Below, one piece after another: positions 16,301-24,760 of a stretch of DNA of 64,000 nt. A program made the translations under genes and the position numbers. The notes under the pieces were generated by a model. The model saw only the letters and a program-made list of their open reading frames with translations. It was not told the DNA's origin and did not search any database. The stretch covers positions 16,637 through 80,636 of the forward strand of contig DATAGU010000330.1 of assembly GCA_036263495.1 (NCBI GenBank), in the 5' to 3' direction. Source of the DNA: Polyangia bacterium (GTDB lineage Bacteria > Myxococcota_A > Polyangia > Palsa-1104 > SHYY01). The first letter of the stretch is position 1; each line of letters opens with the position of its first letter.

Positions 16301-18770
16301 TCATGGCGTCGAAGGCCGACGTGAGGAAGGCGCCCTCGGCCGCCAGCTCGTGGAGCTGGAGCGCGAGATCGTATCGCTTCTCCCACAGATCGACCGGCAG
16401 GAGCCCGAGCGCCGTGCGCGCGTAGGACAGGGCCGCGGCGAAGGCCGCCGCGTCCTTGGCGCGGCGCGCGGCGAGGAGGTTCAGCTCGGCCAGCTCCTCG
16501 CGTGCCTTCTCGCCCGCGGCGCCGGCGATCTCGTCCACCGCCCGGTTGAGCTGGTCGACGATGTCGAAGATGTTCTGGGGGCGCTCCGCGACCGGGATGC
16601 TGCGCAGGAGCTGCTCGCCGATGCGCCGGTGCATCGCCGGCCGCGCGGTGACGCCGATGAGCGAGTAGGCGGCCTGCTGGACGCGGTCGTGGGCGAAGCG
16701 GTACTCGACCTTGAGCGCGTCCTCGAGGCCCGGCACCTCCATCTGGATCCACTGGTAGGCGTCGCCGAGTGGGAGCACCATGCCCGCGGCCACGCACTCC
16801 CAAAGGTCGCGCGCCGTCTCGCGCGGCGTGCGCTCGTGGATCAGGGCCAGCGTGGCGAGATCGAAGCGGTTGCCGATGCAGGCCGCGAGTTCGAGCACCC
16901 GTTGCGCCGCCGGCGGCAGGTGCCGCACCCGGTCGGCCACGAGCTCGACGACGTTGTCGGTGATGGCCAGGCTGGCGATGGCGTTGAGATCCCAGGTCCA
17001 CGAGCCGCGCTCGGGGTCATAGCGGAGCTGCTGGTTGCGGTGCAGCTCGGTGAGGAAGGTGTTGACGAAGAAGGGGTTGCCGTGGGTCTTGCCGTGCACG
17101 AGCTGCGCGAGCGGCTCGACCTCCGCCGGCTCCGCGCCGAGCGTGTCTCCGAGGAGCTCGACGAGCGGCTTCACGCCGAGGGGGCCGAGGTGGCACTCGC
17201 CGAGGCGCGCCCCCGCCTTGCCGAGCGCCTCGCGGAGCAGCGCCACCGGGTGCGCATCGTGCACCTGCTCGTCGCGGTAGGCGCCGATGAAGAACGTGTA
17301 GGCCGTGTCGCTCGCGGTCATGAGCCGCTGGATGAACTCGAGCGAGGCGGCATCGGCCCATTGCAGGTCGTCGATGAACACCACGAGCGGGTGCTCCACG
17401 CTCGCGAACGCCCGCACGAAGTTGAGGAGCACGAGCACGAACCGGTTCTGCGCTTCGGCCGGCGGCAGCGCCGGCACGGGCTGCTGCGGGCCGAGGATGA
17501 GCTCGAGCTCGGGGATCACCTCCACGACCAGCGCGCCGTTGGGGCCGAGCGCCCGCGAGAGGCGCTCCCGCCAGAGCGTGAGCGCCGCCGTGCTCTCGGT
17601 GAGGAGCTCGCGGATGAGCTTGTGGAACGCCTCGAGGAGCGGGGCGTAGGGGGTGTTGCGCCGGAGCTGGTCGAATTTACCCGAGGTGAAGTAGCCGCGG
17701 CTCCCGGTGATCGGCCGATACACCTCCTGCACCAGCACGGACTTGCCGATGCCCGCCGGCCCCGACACGAGCAGCGTCTCCGCCGCCCCCACCGCCACGC
17801 GACCGAACGCCTGGAGGAGCTGCTCGACCTCGGCCTCGCGGGCGTAGAGGCGCTGCGGCACGCGGAAGCGCGCCGGCCGGTCGCGTTGGCCCAGATCGAA
17901 GCGCTGGATGGCCTTACGCTCGCGCCACTCGGCGGCGCAGCGCTCGAGATCGAGGCGCAGCCCGGCGGCCGACTGGTAGCGCGCCTCCACGTCCTTGGAC
18001 ATCAACTTCATCACGATGTCCGAGAGCGCCTCGGGCACGCCCTCGTGGCGGAGGTGGGGCGCGAGCGGCTGGCGGGCGATGTGGCAGTGCACGAGCGCGA
18101 GCGGATCGTGCTCGGTGAAGGGCAGCTGCCCGGTGAGGACGTGATAGAGCGTCGCGCCGAGCGAATAGAAGTCGGACCGGTAATCGACGTAGCGGTTCAT
18201 CCGCCCCGTCTGCTCGGGTGAGATGTAGGCCAGGGTCCCTTCGACTTCGCCCGGGTTGCGAAAATCCGGGCTCTCCTGCGACAGCTGGGTCGAGATGCCG
18301 AAGTCGATGACCTTGACCTGGCCGGTGGCCGCGTTGAAGACGACGTTGCCGGGGGTGAGGTCCTTGTGGATGATGCCGCGGTCGTGGAGCTGGCCGAGGA
18401 TCTCGGCCACGCGGATGCCGATGTCGAGCACATGGGGGATCGGCAGCGGTCCGGACACGACCAGGCGATCGAGCGAGGTGCCGCCGAAGTCCTCGAGGAA
18501 GATCATCCAGACGTGCTCGCTCTCGGCGAGCCCATAGGTCTCGATGATCCCGGGCAGGGCGAGCGTCCGCAGGAGCTCGTACTCGCGCCGGAAGCGGGCC
18601 AGCACCGCCGGCGGCGGATAGGGCTGCCGCAGCACCTTGATGATCACGGGCCGGGAGTCCGCGAGCCGCAACGCACGATAGACCGCCGTGCTGCGGCCCT
18701 CGGACAGCGGTTGCAAGACCTGGTGTCCGGCCACCGATAGCATGCCCGCTGCCCCTGCGGCTGAATGCAT
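13317..18770 (-). CDS. 1817-aa Ser/Thr kinase - AAA_16 (STAND-like) ATPase - helical/TPR-like region - GAF - class III nucleotidyl cyclase
   Basis: Kinase: VIIKVL, HKDLTPGN, DFG, SPEQ. Walker A SGPAGIGKS and Walker B VVFIDDLQWAD. GAF-like segment (LVLPRSQDGAWVIAATGE...VYLEN). Cyclase: FADIRDFT, KYIGDAIMALF, AVNTASRIES. Confidence 0.9.
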   Translation of the reverse strand: MHSAAGAAGMLSVAGHQVLQPLSEGRSTAVYRALRLADSRPVIIKVLRQPYPPPAVLARFRREYELLRTLALPGIIETYGLAESEHVWMIFLEDFGGTSLDRLVVSGPLPIPHVLDIGIRVAEILGQLHDRGIIHKDLTPGNVVFNAATGQVKVIDFGISTQLSQESPDFRNPGEVEGTLAYISPEQTGRMNRYVDYRSDFYSLGATLYHVLTGQLPFTEHDPLALVHCHIARQPLAPHLRHEGVPEALSDIVMKLMSKDVEARYQSAAGLRLDLERCAAEWRERKAIQRFDLGQRDRPARFRVPQRLYAREAEVEQLLQAFGRVAVGAAETLLVSGPAGIGKSVLVQEVYRPITGSRGYFTSGKFDQLRRNTPYAPLLEAFHKLIRELLTESTAALTLWRERLSRALGPNGALVVEVIPELELILGPQQPVPALPPAEAQNRFVLVLLNFVRAFASVEHPLVVFIDDLQWADAASLEFIQRLMTASDTAYTFFIGAYRDEQVHDAHPVALLREALGKAGARLGECHLGPLGVKPLVELLGDTLGAEPAEVEPLAQLVHGKTHGNPFFVNTFLTELHRNQQLRYDPERGSWTWDLNAIASLAITDNVVELVADRVRHLPPAAQRVLELAACIGNRFDLATLALIHERTPRETARDLWECVAAGMVLPLGDAYQWIQMEVPGLEDALKVEYRFAHDRVQQAAYSLIGVTARPAMHRRIGEQLLRSIPVAERPQNIFDIVDQLNRAVDEIAGAAGEKAREELAELNLLAARRAKDAAAFAAALSYARTALGLLPVDLWEKRYDLALQLHELAAEGAFLTSAFDAMTGYVDAVVAHARDVLDVQRVYEIKIQALGLQDRLSEAIDTALGLLAQLGVRFPAQPSVPHILAGMGRAWWALRGKSPEALAELGEMTDPRQRLAIRIMFAVAAPAVFARPKLLPLLTCEEIITSVRHGNGPETGLVYGSWAVIRIGFIGDVADGLRFTRLAEVVHERYGSAANQVRFCFTLNVLLRHWREHLRESLPRLLDGVQKGLDTGDYEYGAHCARFYCYYLFAAGEDLDRVRREMERYGRLIVDMKQPFTLRGHTMWQQSVINLMGESPGSSESPASGSPLQLIGTVYDEREVVPQLLEAKNGNTLCDYHMHKLLLALLFGDPEGAASHADQADSYLESQICTFTTVLVTFYGALARLGLLSKTGDGDGLPPQRVRSLRKRIGQAKKKLALWAEHAPMTFRHRYLLVAAEDARTHGDTEEARQLYDQAIDAAREHRWLNDEALACELAGRFYLETAQPRVAAFYMHEARYAYQRWGARAKVRDLEARYAQLRLHINPGPGAGAGDDAQNPVRTQVSTTITTTGRSTGAALDLSSVLRASQALSGEIVLEQLLSALMRIVLENAGAQRGWLVLPRSQDGAWVIAATGEVDDTGATVARALGASGPTAGPEDLPLTLIQYVARTLESVVLDDASSLGPHARDPYVALRKPRSILCAPLIKQGRLVGAVYLENNLTHNAFTPARLQVIDLLSSQAAVSIENATLYGQQMALTRAYSRFVPREFLKYLEKESILEVALGDQVQREMSILFADIRDFTTLSEQMTPKETFDFINELLRRIGPVMRQHGGFIDKYIGDAIMALFPHTADDSVRAAVALHQELERLNEERTARSLAPIRMGAGVHTGSLMLGTIGETERMENTVISDAVNTASRIESLTKSYRVTVLISEDTRARLSDPSRFAHRFVDEVAVKGRQKKVAVYEVFEADPAHLKELKQKTRADFEAGAQAYRAGEFATTAELMRRVLAVNPDDPVARLYLERSTESAQITAKTAPAK

Positions 18771-18955
18771 CCGGTGCGTCCTCTATGGCGCCGTCACACG
18801 CATGGGTCTGCTCCGGCCGGCCGGCCTTCGCTCATCTCGGGCTTCGCCCGCATGGGGTCCTATCGGCTCGTGTGAACGGCTCTTGAGCCTCTGCTTATTT
18901 TTCTATCAGAGTTTGCTGGGCCCAGGGGAAGGAAGCTGAGGCTACCACTTCATTT

Positions 18956-21900
18956 TTACGTCGCAGGGGGGGCCGTGAGCGAGCGCAGCTTCGCCTGATC
19001 CCGTGAATGGTCGAGGAACCGCTGGCGCGCCTCGCGATCGGGGATCAGATGGGCGCGTTCGTCGAGCTTGCGCGCCGCCTCCGCGAGGGAGCTCCGTGCC
19101 GCCTCGTCTTGCCTCAAAGCGCTCCACACCTCGGCGGCCACGAGGTGCAGCTTGGTGTCGCAGAACCCCTCGCCCCCTTGCGCCTGGAGCTGCGCGAGCC
19201 CCTCCCGCACCACCGCCTCCGCCTCCGCGAGCCGCCCTTGCACGAGCAGGTCCTCGCCGAGGAGCGCGCAGGCCAGGAGGTGCCCCACCGGCGCGCTCGC
19301 GAACGACTGGATCGCCTGCCGGGCCGCCTGCTCGGCCGCCTCCTGCGCCCCGCGCTCGGCCTCCACCATCGCCAGCGCGGCCTGGGTCATCCCGGTCCAG
19401 AGGCTGGGCGTGCGCAGATCGCGCAGCGCCGCCTCGGCCAACGCGCGCACCTCGGCGTGGTGCCCTGGACCGCCGGCCTCGGCCAGCGCGAAGGCATAGA
19501 ACGCCTGCGTGACCCGCCGCGCCACCGGCTCCCGGTGCCGCTCCATCAGATCGATGGCCTCGCGGCACAGCATCCGGCCCTGCTCGACCTCGCCGAGCAA
19601 GAGGAGCGCGACCCCCAGGTGCCCCTGGGTGCCATAGATATAAAGACGGTCCCCGGCCGCGATGAAACGATCCAGCGCCGCCTGCGCAAAGGACCAGTAC
19701 GACCACACGTCCCCCCCGAAGAGCCCATACCAGAGGCGCCCGAACTCGAAGAGCCCGCGGGCGCGTGATTCATGTCGGCCCAGCCGGCCGCAGACCTCCT
19801 GCATCCGTTCCAGGAAGTGCTTCGCCAGCTCGCGTCTCCCCAGGGTGCCGGCGAAGACCAGCGCCATCATGGCCGGTTCCATGAAGGCGCTCTCGGCCCC
19901 CGGCAGGGGCTCGGTCCGGGCGAGCAATTCGATGTGTTCGACGAGGCGCGCGCGGTCCCCCTGGAACCCCGACAGCGTCGTGGCCGCTCCTTGGACCGAG
20001 AGCCATCCGGCGCTGCCCGCGGAGAGCAGCTCGAGCGCCGTCCGCATGGCCTCGTAGGCCGGCTCGAAGCTCCCCTGCCAGAGCCGCGCCCAGGATTCGA
20101 TGGAGCGCAGCGTGCCGAGCTGCTCGCCGCGCGCCCCCAGGGCGACTCCCCGCGCCACCCGATCGAGCGCGCCATCGAGGTCGCTCGTGGCGAGGGCCTG
20201 ATGCGCGGCGCGGGCCAGGTGGACCACCGCCTGCTCCGGCTCGCCGCCCAGCCGGTGATGCTCGGCCAGCACCATGGGATCATGCTCGCCTGCCGTAGCG
20301 AGGTAGGCGGCGGCCAGGCGATGGCCGATGCGCCGATCCTCTTCGGTCAGGAGGCCATAGGCGGCGTCGCGCAGGAGCGAGTGGCGAAACGCGAACTGGC
20401 GGTCGCCCGTCGCCCGGTCCTCGCTGCGGAAGGCCAGCACCTCCTGGTCGAGGAGCATGGAGAGCACCCGCTCGTCCTGTTGCCCCTGCGCCTCGCCGAG
20501 GAGCGTGTGCACGCCGCCGCACCAGAAGCTGTCGCCAAACAGGCTGGCGGTGCGCAAGAAGCGCCGCGCGTCGGGATCGAGCCGTAAGAGCCGGGCCTGC
20601 AGCATGGCCAGCACGGTCTCGGGCGGCTTGGCGCCCTGCTCCGCCTCCTGGCCCTCGGCCTCGGCCCGGATGAGCTCCTCGAGGAACAGCGTGTTGCCTC
20701 CGGCCTGCGCGATGAGCCGCTCGACCGTCTCGGCGGTCGCCCGTGCGCCCAGCACGCGCGCGACGAGCTCGCCGCTCGCCTTCTTGCTGAGGCCTTGGAG
20801 CCGCAGCTCCTGCACCCGCCGCTCCACCCACAGCCGGGGGAACATGTCCTTGAGCTCCGGGCGCGCGAGCGCGAGCACGACGAGCGGCTGGTCCACGAGC
20901 TTGTCGAGCGCCACCTCGATCAGGCGTATCGTCGCCGCGTCGCTCCAGTGCAGATCCTCGAGCACGAGCAGGACCGGCTTGTGCTCGCACTCGGCGGAGA
21001 GGAAGGTGACGAAGGCGGACGTCACCTGGTCGCTCATCAGGCGCGGGTCCTGGCGCGCGGCCCGCAGCCGCGGGCTCTCGTCGTCGGGAAAGGGCACCCC
21101 GCACAGCTCGCCGAGGAACTCCGCCACCAGGGGACGCTCGGCGGGGGGGAGGTACCGCCCCACGCGCTCGCCGAGTCGCGCCCGCTCGGTGGTGATGTCG
21201 CCATGGCCGCGGATGCCACACAGCTCGCACAGCGCCTGTCCGAGGAGGCCGTAGGCGGTCCCCACCCGCATGGGATCGCCGCGACCGATCCAGATGGCCA
21301 CGGCGTCCCGGTCCCGCAGGCGCCGCACCAGCTCCTGCCGCAGCCGCGACTTGCCCGTCCCCGAGGGCGCGGTCACGAGCAGCGCCTGCGCCGTCGATTC
21401 GTCGATCGAATAGTCGATCCAGCTGAGGAGGAGCCCCAGCTCCGGCTCCCGCCCGAGGCACGGCGTCACCGTGCCGAGGAGCGGGCGTATCTCGTCGATG
21501 CCGATCCGCTCTCCGGTGAGGAGCGCCCGCCCATCGTCTGCCCGCCGTACGTGGAAGTGCAGATCGAGGAGCCGCGCCATCAGCTCGTCGAGCCAGAGCC
21601 CGGCCCTCGGTGCCGGGCTTTCTTCGCTCCTCGATCGAGCGGAACGCGGATCGAGGAGACGCACCGCCCGGCCGAGCGCCTCGGACACGAGCGACTCGCC
21701 CGAGCCGGTCCCGCGCCCGAGGGCGAGCGCCAGCTCCCACGCCGGCATCCGGGAGCGCCAGAACAGCGCCAGCCGCCCCGCGCGCACGGCGAGGTCGGTG
21801 ATCGTCTCCTCGGTCTGACGTAAGTGGGCGGCGAATGAGCCGTCGGCGAGCCGCTGGAAATGCGCGCCCAGGGTGGCGGCGAAGCTCTCGAGCTCTGCCG

Positions 21901-22903
21901 GCAGCTCCTGCGCCATGCCTTCCGGCGCGTCTCCCGGGGTGGCTCCGGCGTCTCCTCCGATCGCCGCGGGAGCCCGGCCGAGGACGAGGCACACGAGCTG
22001 CTGCTCGGCCAGGGTCAGGGTCACCGCTGCGGCCGGCACAGGCAGGAGTTCGAGCTGCCCCGGCCTGAGCTTGAGCCGGCCGAGCACCCGGGTCACGGCC
22101 TCGCCATCGTCGGGGCGGTTCTCGGGATGCTTGGCCAGCATCGACTCGAGGAGCCGCACCATCGATTCGGGCAGCTCGGGATAGCGCTCTCCGAGGGACG
22201 GCGCCTCCTCGAAGAGGAGCTGCCCGAGGACCGTGGCCGCGTGGTGGCCATCGAACGGCGGCGCCCCGGTCAGGCACTCGATGAGCACGCAGCCGAGCGC
22301 GAAGACGTCCGCGGCCGGGGACTGGCGCACCTCGCCCCGCGCCTGCTCGGGGGCCACGTAGCGCAAGACCTCGATGATGCGTCGCGAGTCGGTGGCCGTG
22401 GTCCACGCCGGGTTGCGGCCGAGGGCGCCAAAGCCGGTGACCACCACGCGCTCGGGCCGCCGTTCGCGGAGCATCAGGCGGCTCGGCCCGAGGTCGCCGT
22501 GCGCCAGGCCTTGATGATGTGCCGCCGCGAGCGCGTCCGCGGTGGCCCGCAGGAGCTCGAGGCTCTCGCCCACGCGCAGGGGCTGGCGCTGCAACCGCTC
22601 GCGCAGGGATTCGCCCTCGACCCACTCGGTGGCCACGAAGAGCAGCCCTTCGGACGTGCGGCCGTGGGAGACGTAAGTCTCGATGCCCGGGTGATGCAGC
22701 TCGGAGAGCCCCTGGACCCCCTTGAGAAAACTCTCCACCTCTCGTGAATGCGGAGCGGCCCACAGCATCCGCAGGGTGACGGGGCAGCCCCGCAAGCCGT
22801 CGTGGGCGCGGTAGACCACATCCGCGCCGCCCCGGTGGATCTGGTTCTCCAGCTCGAACCGATCGTCCACGCGCGTACCACGGCTTATCGCCAGCGGATC
22901 CAT
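18956..22903 (-). CDS. 1315-aa pseudokinase - AAA_16 (STAND-like) ATPase - TPR-like protein
   Basis: Kinase fold with degenerate catalytic motifs: VTLRML instead of VAIK, HGDLGPSR instead of HRDLKPxN, GFG instead of DFG; APE is retained. Walker A APSGTGKS and Walker B LLVLEDLHWSD. Long alpha-helical repeat C-terminus. Confidence 0.85.
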   Translation of the reverse strand: MDPLAISRGTRVDDRFELENQIHRGGADVVYRAHDGLRGCPVTLRMLWAAPHSREVESFLKGVQGLSELHHPGIETYVSHGRTSEGLLFVATEWVEGESLRERLQRQPLRVGESLELLRATADALAAAHHQGLAHGDLGPSRLMLRERRPERVVVTGFGALGRNPAWTTATDSRRIIEVLRYVAPEQARGEVRQSPAADVFALGCVLIECLTGAPPFDGHHAATVLGQLLFEEAPSLGERYPELPESMVRLLESMLAKHPENRPDDGEAVTRVLGRLKLRPGQLELLPVPAAAVTLTLAEQQLVCLVLGRAPAAIGGDAGATPGDAPEGMAQELPAELESFAATLGAHFQRLADGSFAAHLRQTEETITDLAVRAGRLALFWRSRMPAWELALALGRGTGSGESLVSEALGRAVRLLDPRSARSRSEESPAPRAGLWLDELMARLLDLHFHVRRADDGRALLTGERIGIDEIRPLLGTVTPCLGREPELGLLLSWIDYSIDESTAQALLVTAPSGTGKSRLRQELVRRLRDRDAVAIWIGRGDPMRVGTAYGLLGQALCELCGIRGHGDITTERARLGERVGRYLPPAERPLVAEFLGELCGVPFPDDESPRLRAARQDPRLMSDQVTSAFVTFLSAECEHKPVLLVLEDLHWSDAATIRLIEVALDKLVDQPLVVLALARPELKDMFPRLWVERRVQELRLQGLSKKASGELVARVLGARATAETVERLIAQAGGNTLFLEELIRAEAEGQEAEQGAKPPETVLAMLQARLLRLDPDARRFLRTASLFGDSFWCGGVHTLLGEAQGQQDERVLSMLLDQEVLAFRSEDRATGDRQFAFRHSLLRDAAYGLLTEEDRRIGHRLAAAYLATAGEHDPMVLAEHHRLGGEPEQAVVHLARAAHQALATSDLDGALDRVARGVALGARGEQLGTLRSIESWARLWQGSFEPAYEAMRTALELLSAGSAGWLSVQGAATTLSGFQGDRARLVEHIELLARTEPLPGAESAFMEPAMMALVFAGTLGRRELAKHFLERMQEVCGRLGRHESRARGLFEFGRLWYGLFGGDVWSYWSFAQAALDRFIAAGDRLYIYGTQGHLGVALLLLGEVEQGRMLCREAIDLMERHREPVARRVTQAFYAFALAEAGGPGHHAEVRALAEAALRDLRTPSLWTGMTQAALAMVEAERGAQEAAEQAARQAIQSFASAPVGHLLACALLGEDLLVQGRLAEAEAVVREGLAQLQAQGGEGFCDTKLHLVAAEVWSALRQDEAARSSLAEAARKLDERAHLIPDREARQRFLDHSRDQAKLRSLTAPPAT

Positions 22904-23073
22904 CTGTCCTCTTGCTCAGGCCAGGGAGGGGCTATCCCGGGTCGGTAGATTCAACGACCTCTTTTATGGAAAGAGGATGGCAATCCATCGTGTGGAAGAC
23001 AGCTGCGCAGGTCAAGCAGAGCTGCTTGAGAACGCGGAGCAGAGGCAGTGGGGGGAAAGGAAGGAGAAGGAAG

Positions 23074-23097
23074 AGCCCCTGGCGTGGGCCAGGGGCT
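23074..23097 (-). terminator. hairpin terminator candidate downstream of the lipoprotein gene
   Basis: Perfect 10-bp stem AGCCCCTGGC/GCCAGGGGCT with a 4-nt loop, 6 nt after the stop. On the minus strand it is followed by the T/C-rich run CTTCCTTCTCCTTCCTTTCC. Confidence 0.4.
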
Positions 23098-23102
23098 GGG
23101 AG

Positions 23103-23939
23103 TTACGGCTTCTCGGTGCCGTCGTAGCTGAACTTCGTCTCGGCCGTGCCGTTGGCGGCCACGGTGACGTCCATCATCTTGGTGCCGAACTTCTCGTGCC
23201 ACGCCTCGATCTTGTAGGTGCCGGCGGGCACGTTCTTGAGCTCGAAGGAGCCGTCATCGCCGGTGATCGAGAAGAAGGGGTGGTTGGTGACCGAGACGTA
23301 GCCGGCCATCCAGGGGTGCACGTCGCACTTGAACTTGATGACCGCGCCGGCGTCGGTGAACTTCATGTCGACGGCCGGGCTGCCGGCGATCTGCGCCTGG
23401 TTCTTGAGGGTCGCGCTGCCGCGGTAGGTGTGGACGTTGTGGAGGGTCTGGTCGCCGTTCTTGACCTGGACGGTCTGGCCCGCGACCACGCCCTGCAAGC
23501 GCGGCCGGTACATGCAGTTCTCCTGCGCGACCACCGCCACGTCCTTGGGCGCCTCGAAGGTGCCGGTGACGTTGGTCAAGCGGACCAGGACGTTCTTGAG
23601 CGTGCCGTTCTTGTTCACGAGCACGTCCTCGGCGTTCATCTTGGTCTTGGCGCAGAAGGGATCGGCGGCGCGATTGATCGGCATCGGCGCCGGGGCCTGG
23701 CCGGTGAAGGCCACGGAGCCCTTGATCGTGCCCATGCCGGCGGCGGCCGCAGGAGCGCCGCCCGCGGCGGCACCACCCGCGGCCTGGGGAGCGGCGGCCG
23801 GGGGCGCCTCGGTCGGAGCGGCGGGAGCGGCCGCCGGCGGAGCAGCGGTCGGAGCCGGGGTCTCGGTCTTCTTCTCTTCGCACGCCGTGATGAGGGCGGC
23901 GCCGCCACAGAGCAATAGTGCCAGGAAGGTTCGCGACAT
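23103..23939 (-). CDS. lipoprotein with cupredoxin-like (type-1 Cu C-x2-H-x2-M) and carboxypeptidase-regulatory-like domains
   Basis: Lipobox LITAC after MSRTFLALLLCGGAA. Ala/Pro linker. LHNVH...KCDVHPWM resembles the amicyanin-type His/Cys/His/Met ligand set. C-terminal GSFELKNVPAGTYKIEAWHEKFG is CarboxypepD_reg-like. Confidence 0.75.
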   Translation of the reverse strand: MSRTFLALLLCGGAALITACEEKKTETPAPTAAPPAAAPAAPTEAPPAAAPQAAGGAAAGGAPAAAAGMGTIKGSVAFTGQAPAPMPINRAADPFCAKTKMNAEDVLVNKNGTLKNVLVRLTNVTGTFEAPKDVAVVAQENCMYRPRLQGVVAGQTVQVKNGDQTLHNVHTYRGSATLKNQAQIAGSPAVDMKFTDAGAVIKFKCDVHPWMAGYVSVTNHPFFSITGDDGSFELKNVPAGTYKIEAWHEKFGTKMMDVTVAANGTAETKFSYDGTEKP

Positions 23940-24325
23940 GATGTGATGTCCTCCGGAAAGGCGTGACCGGGCTGTCGTGTTCAGTGCAGGGGGAAGTCCA
24001 CGACTCGGTGTGCTTGTTTCCAGCGACGGCCCACGTCGATATTCACCGAGCTAGGCGGGCGGGGTGGTAGCAAAGGCGGTAGGCTTTGTCAAGCAACACG
24101 GCTCGCCAAGCGGCGCGCCGCTCGTGCTCCGAGCGTGCTGAACTCCAATAACATGGCCAGGATGCCAGGATCATGACGCCCATCACACCGCCCGAGCCCC
24201 CATCTCCGCCATCGAAGGGCATCGACCGGAGCACCCGGCTGCACGTCGCCTACGCGATCCTTTTTCTCGGGGGGATTGTGTATCTGCTCGTGCGCTGGCG
24301 CGGACACTGAGTCCGGCCGAGAGGC

Positions 24326-24760
24326 TCAGCCGAGCCCGTGGGGGCCGTGATAGAGCATCCAGTAGACGAGCACGCCGGTCACCGAGACGTACATCCAGAT
24401 CGGGTAGGCGTAGCGCACGAGGCGCCGGTGTTCGGCGAAGCGCTGGCGCAGCGCGAGATAGAGCGCGCGCAGGACGAGCGGCGGGGTGACCATCGCGAGG
24501 AGCATGTGCGAGCCGAGGAGCCCGAGGTAGAGCGCGCGCAAGAGCCCGGTTCCGGGGTAGCGATGCGTGCCGGTCAGCGCCACGCGCGTGAGGTACGACA
24601 CCAGGAACAGGGCCGATACCCCGAGCGCGCTCACCATGCACTTGCGGTGCATCTCCCGATCCCCGCGCCGTACCGCCATCCAACCGAGGAGCAGGAGGAC
24701 CGTGCTCGCGCTGTTGAGCCCGGCGTTGAACGCCGCCAGGAGGTCGCCGAATTCTTTCAT
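24326..24760 (-). CDS. DUF420 family membrane protein (oxidase-assembly associated)
   Basis: 144 aa with four hydrophobic helices. Pattern LNSASTVLLLLGWMAVRRGDREMHRKCM...YPIWMYVSVTG. ATGA overlap with the upstream SCO1 gene. Confidence 0.8.
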   Translation of the reverse strand: MKEFGDLLAAFNAGLNSASTVLLLLGWMAVRRGDREMHRKCMVSALGVSALFLVSYLTRVALTGTHRYPGTGLLRALYLGLLGSHMLLAMVTPPLVLRALYLALRQRFAEHRRLVRYAYPIWMYVSVTGVLVYWMLYHGPHGLG

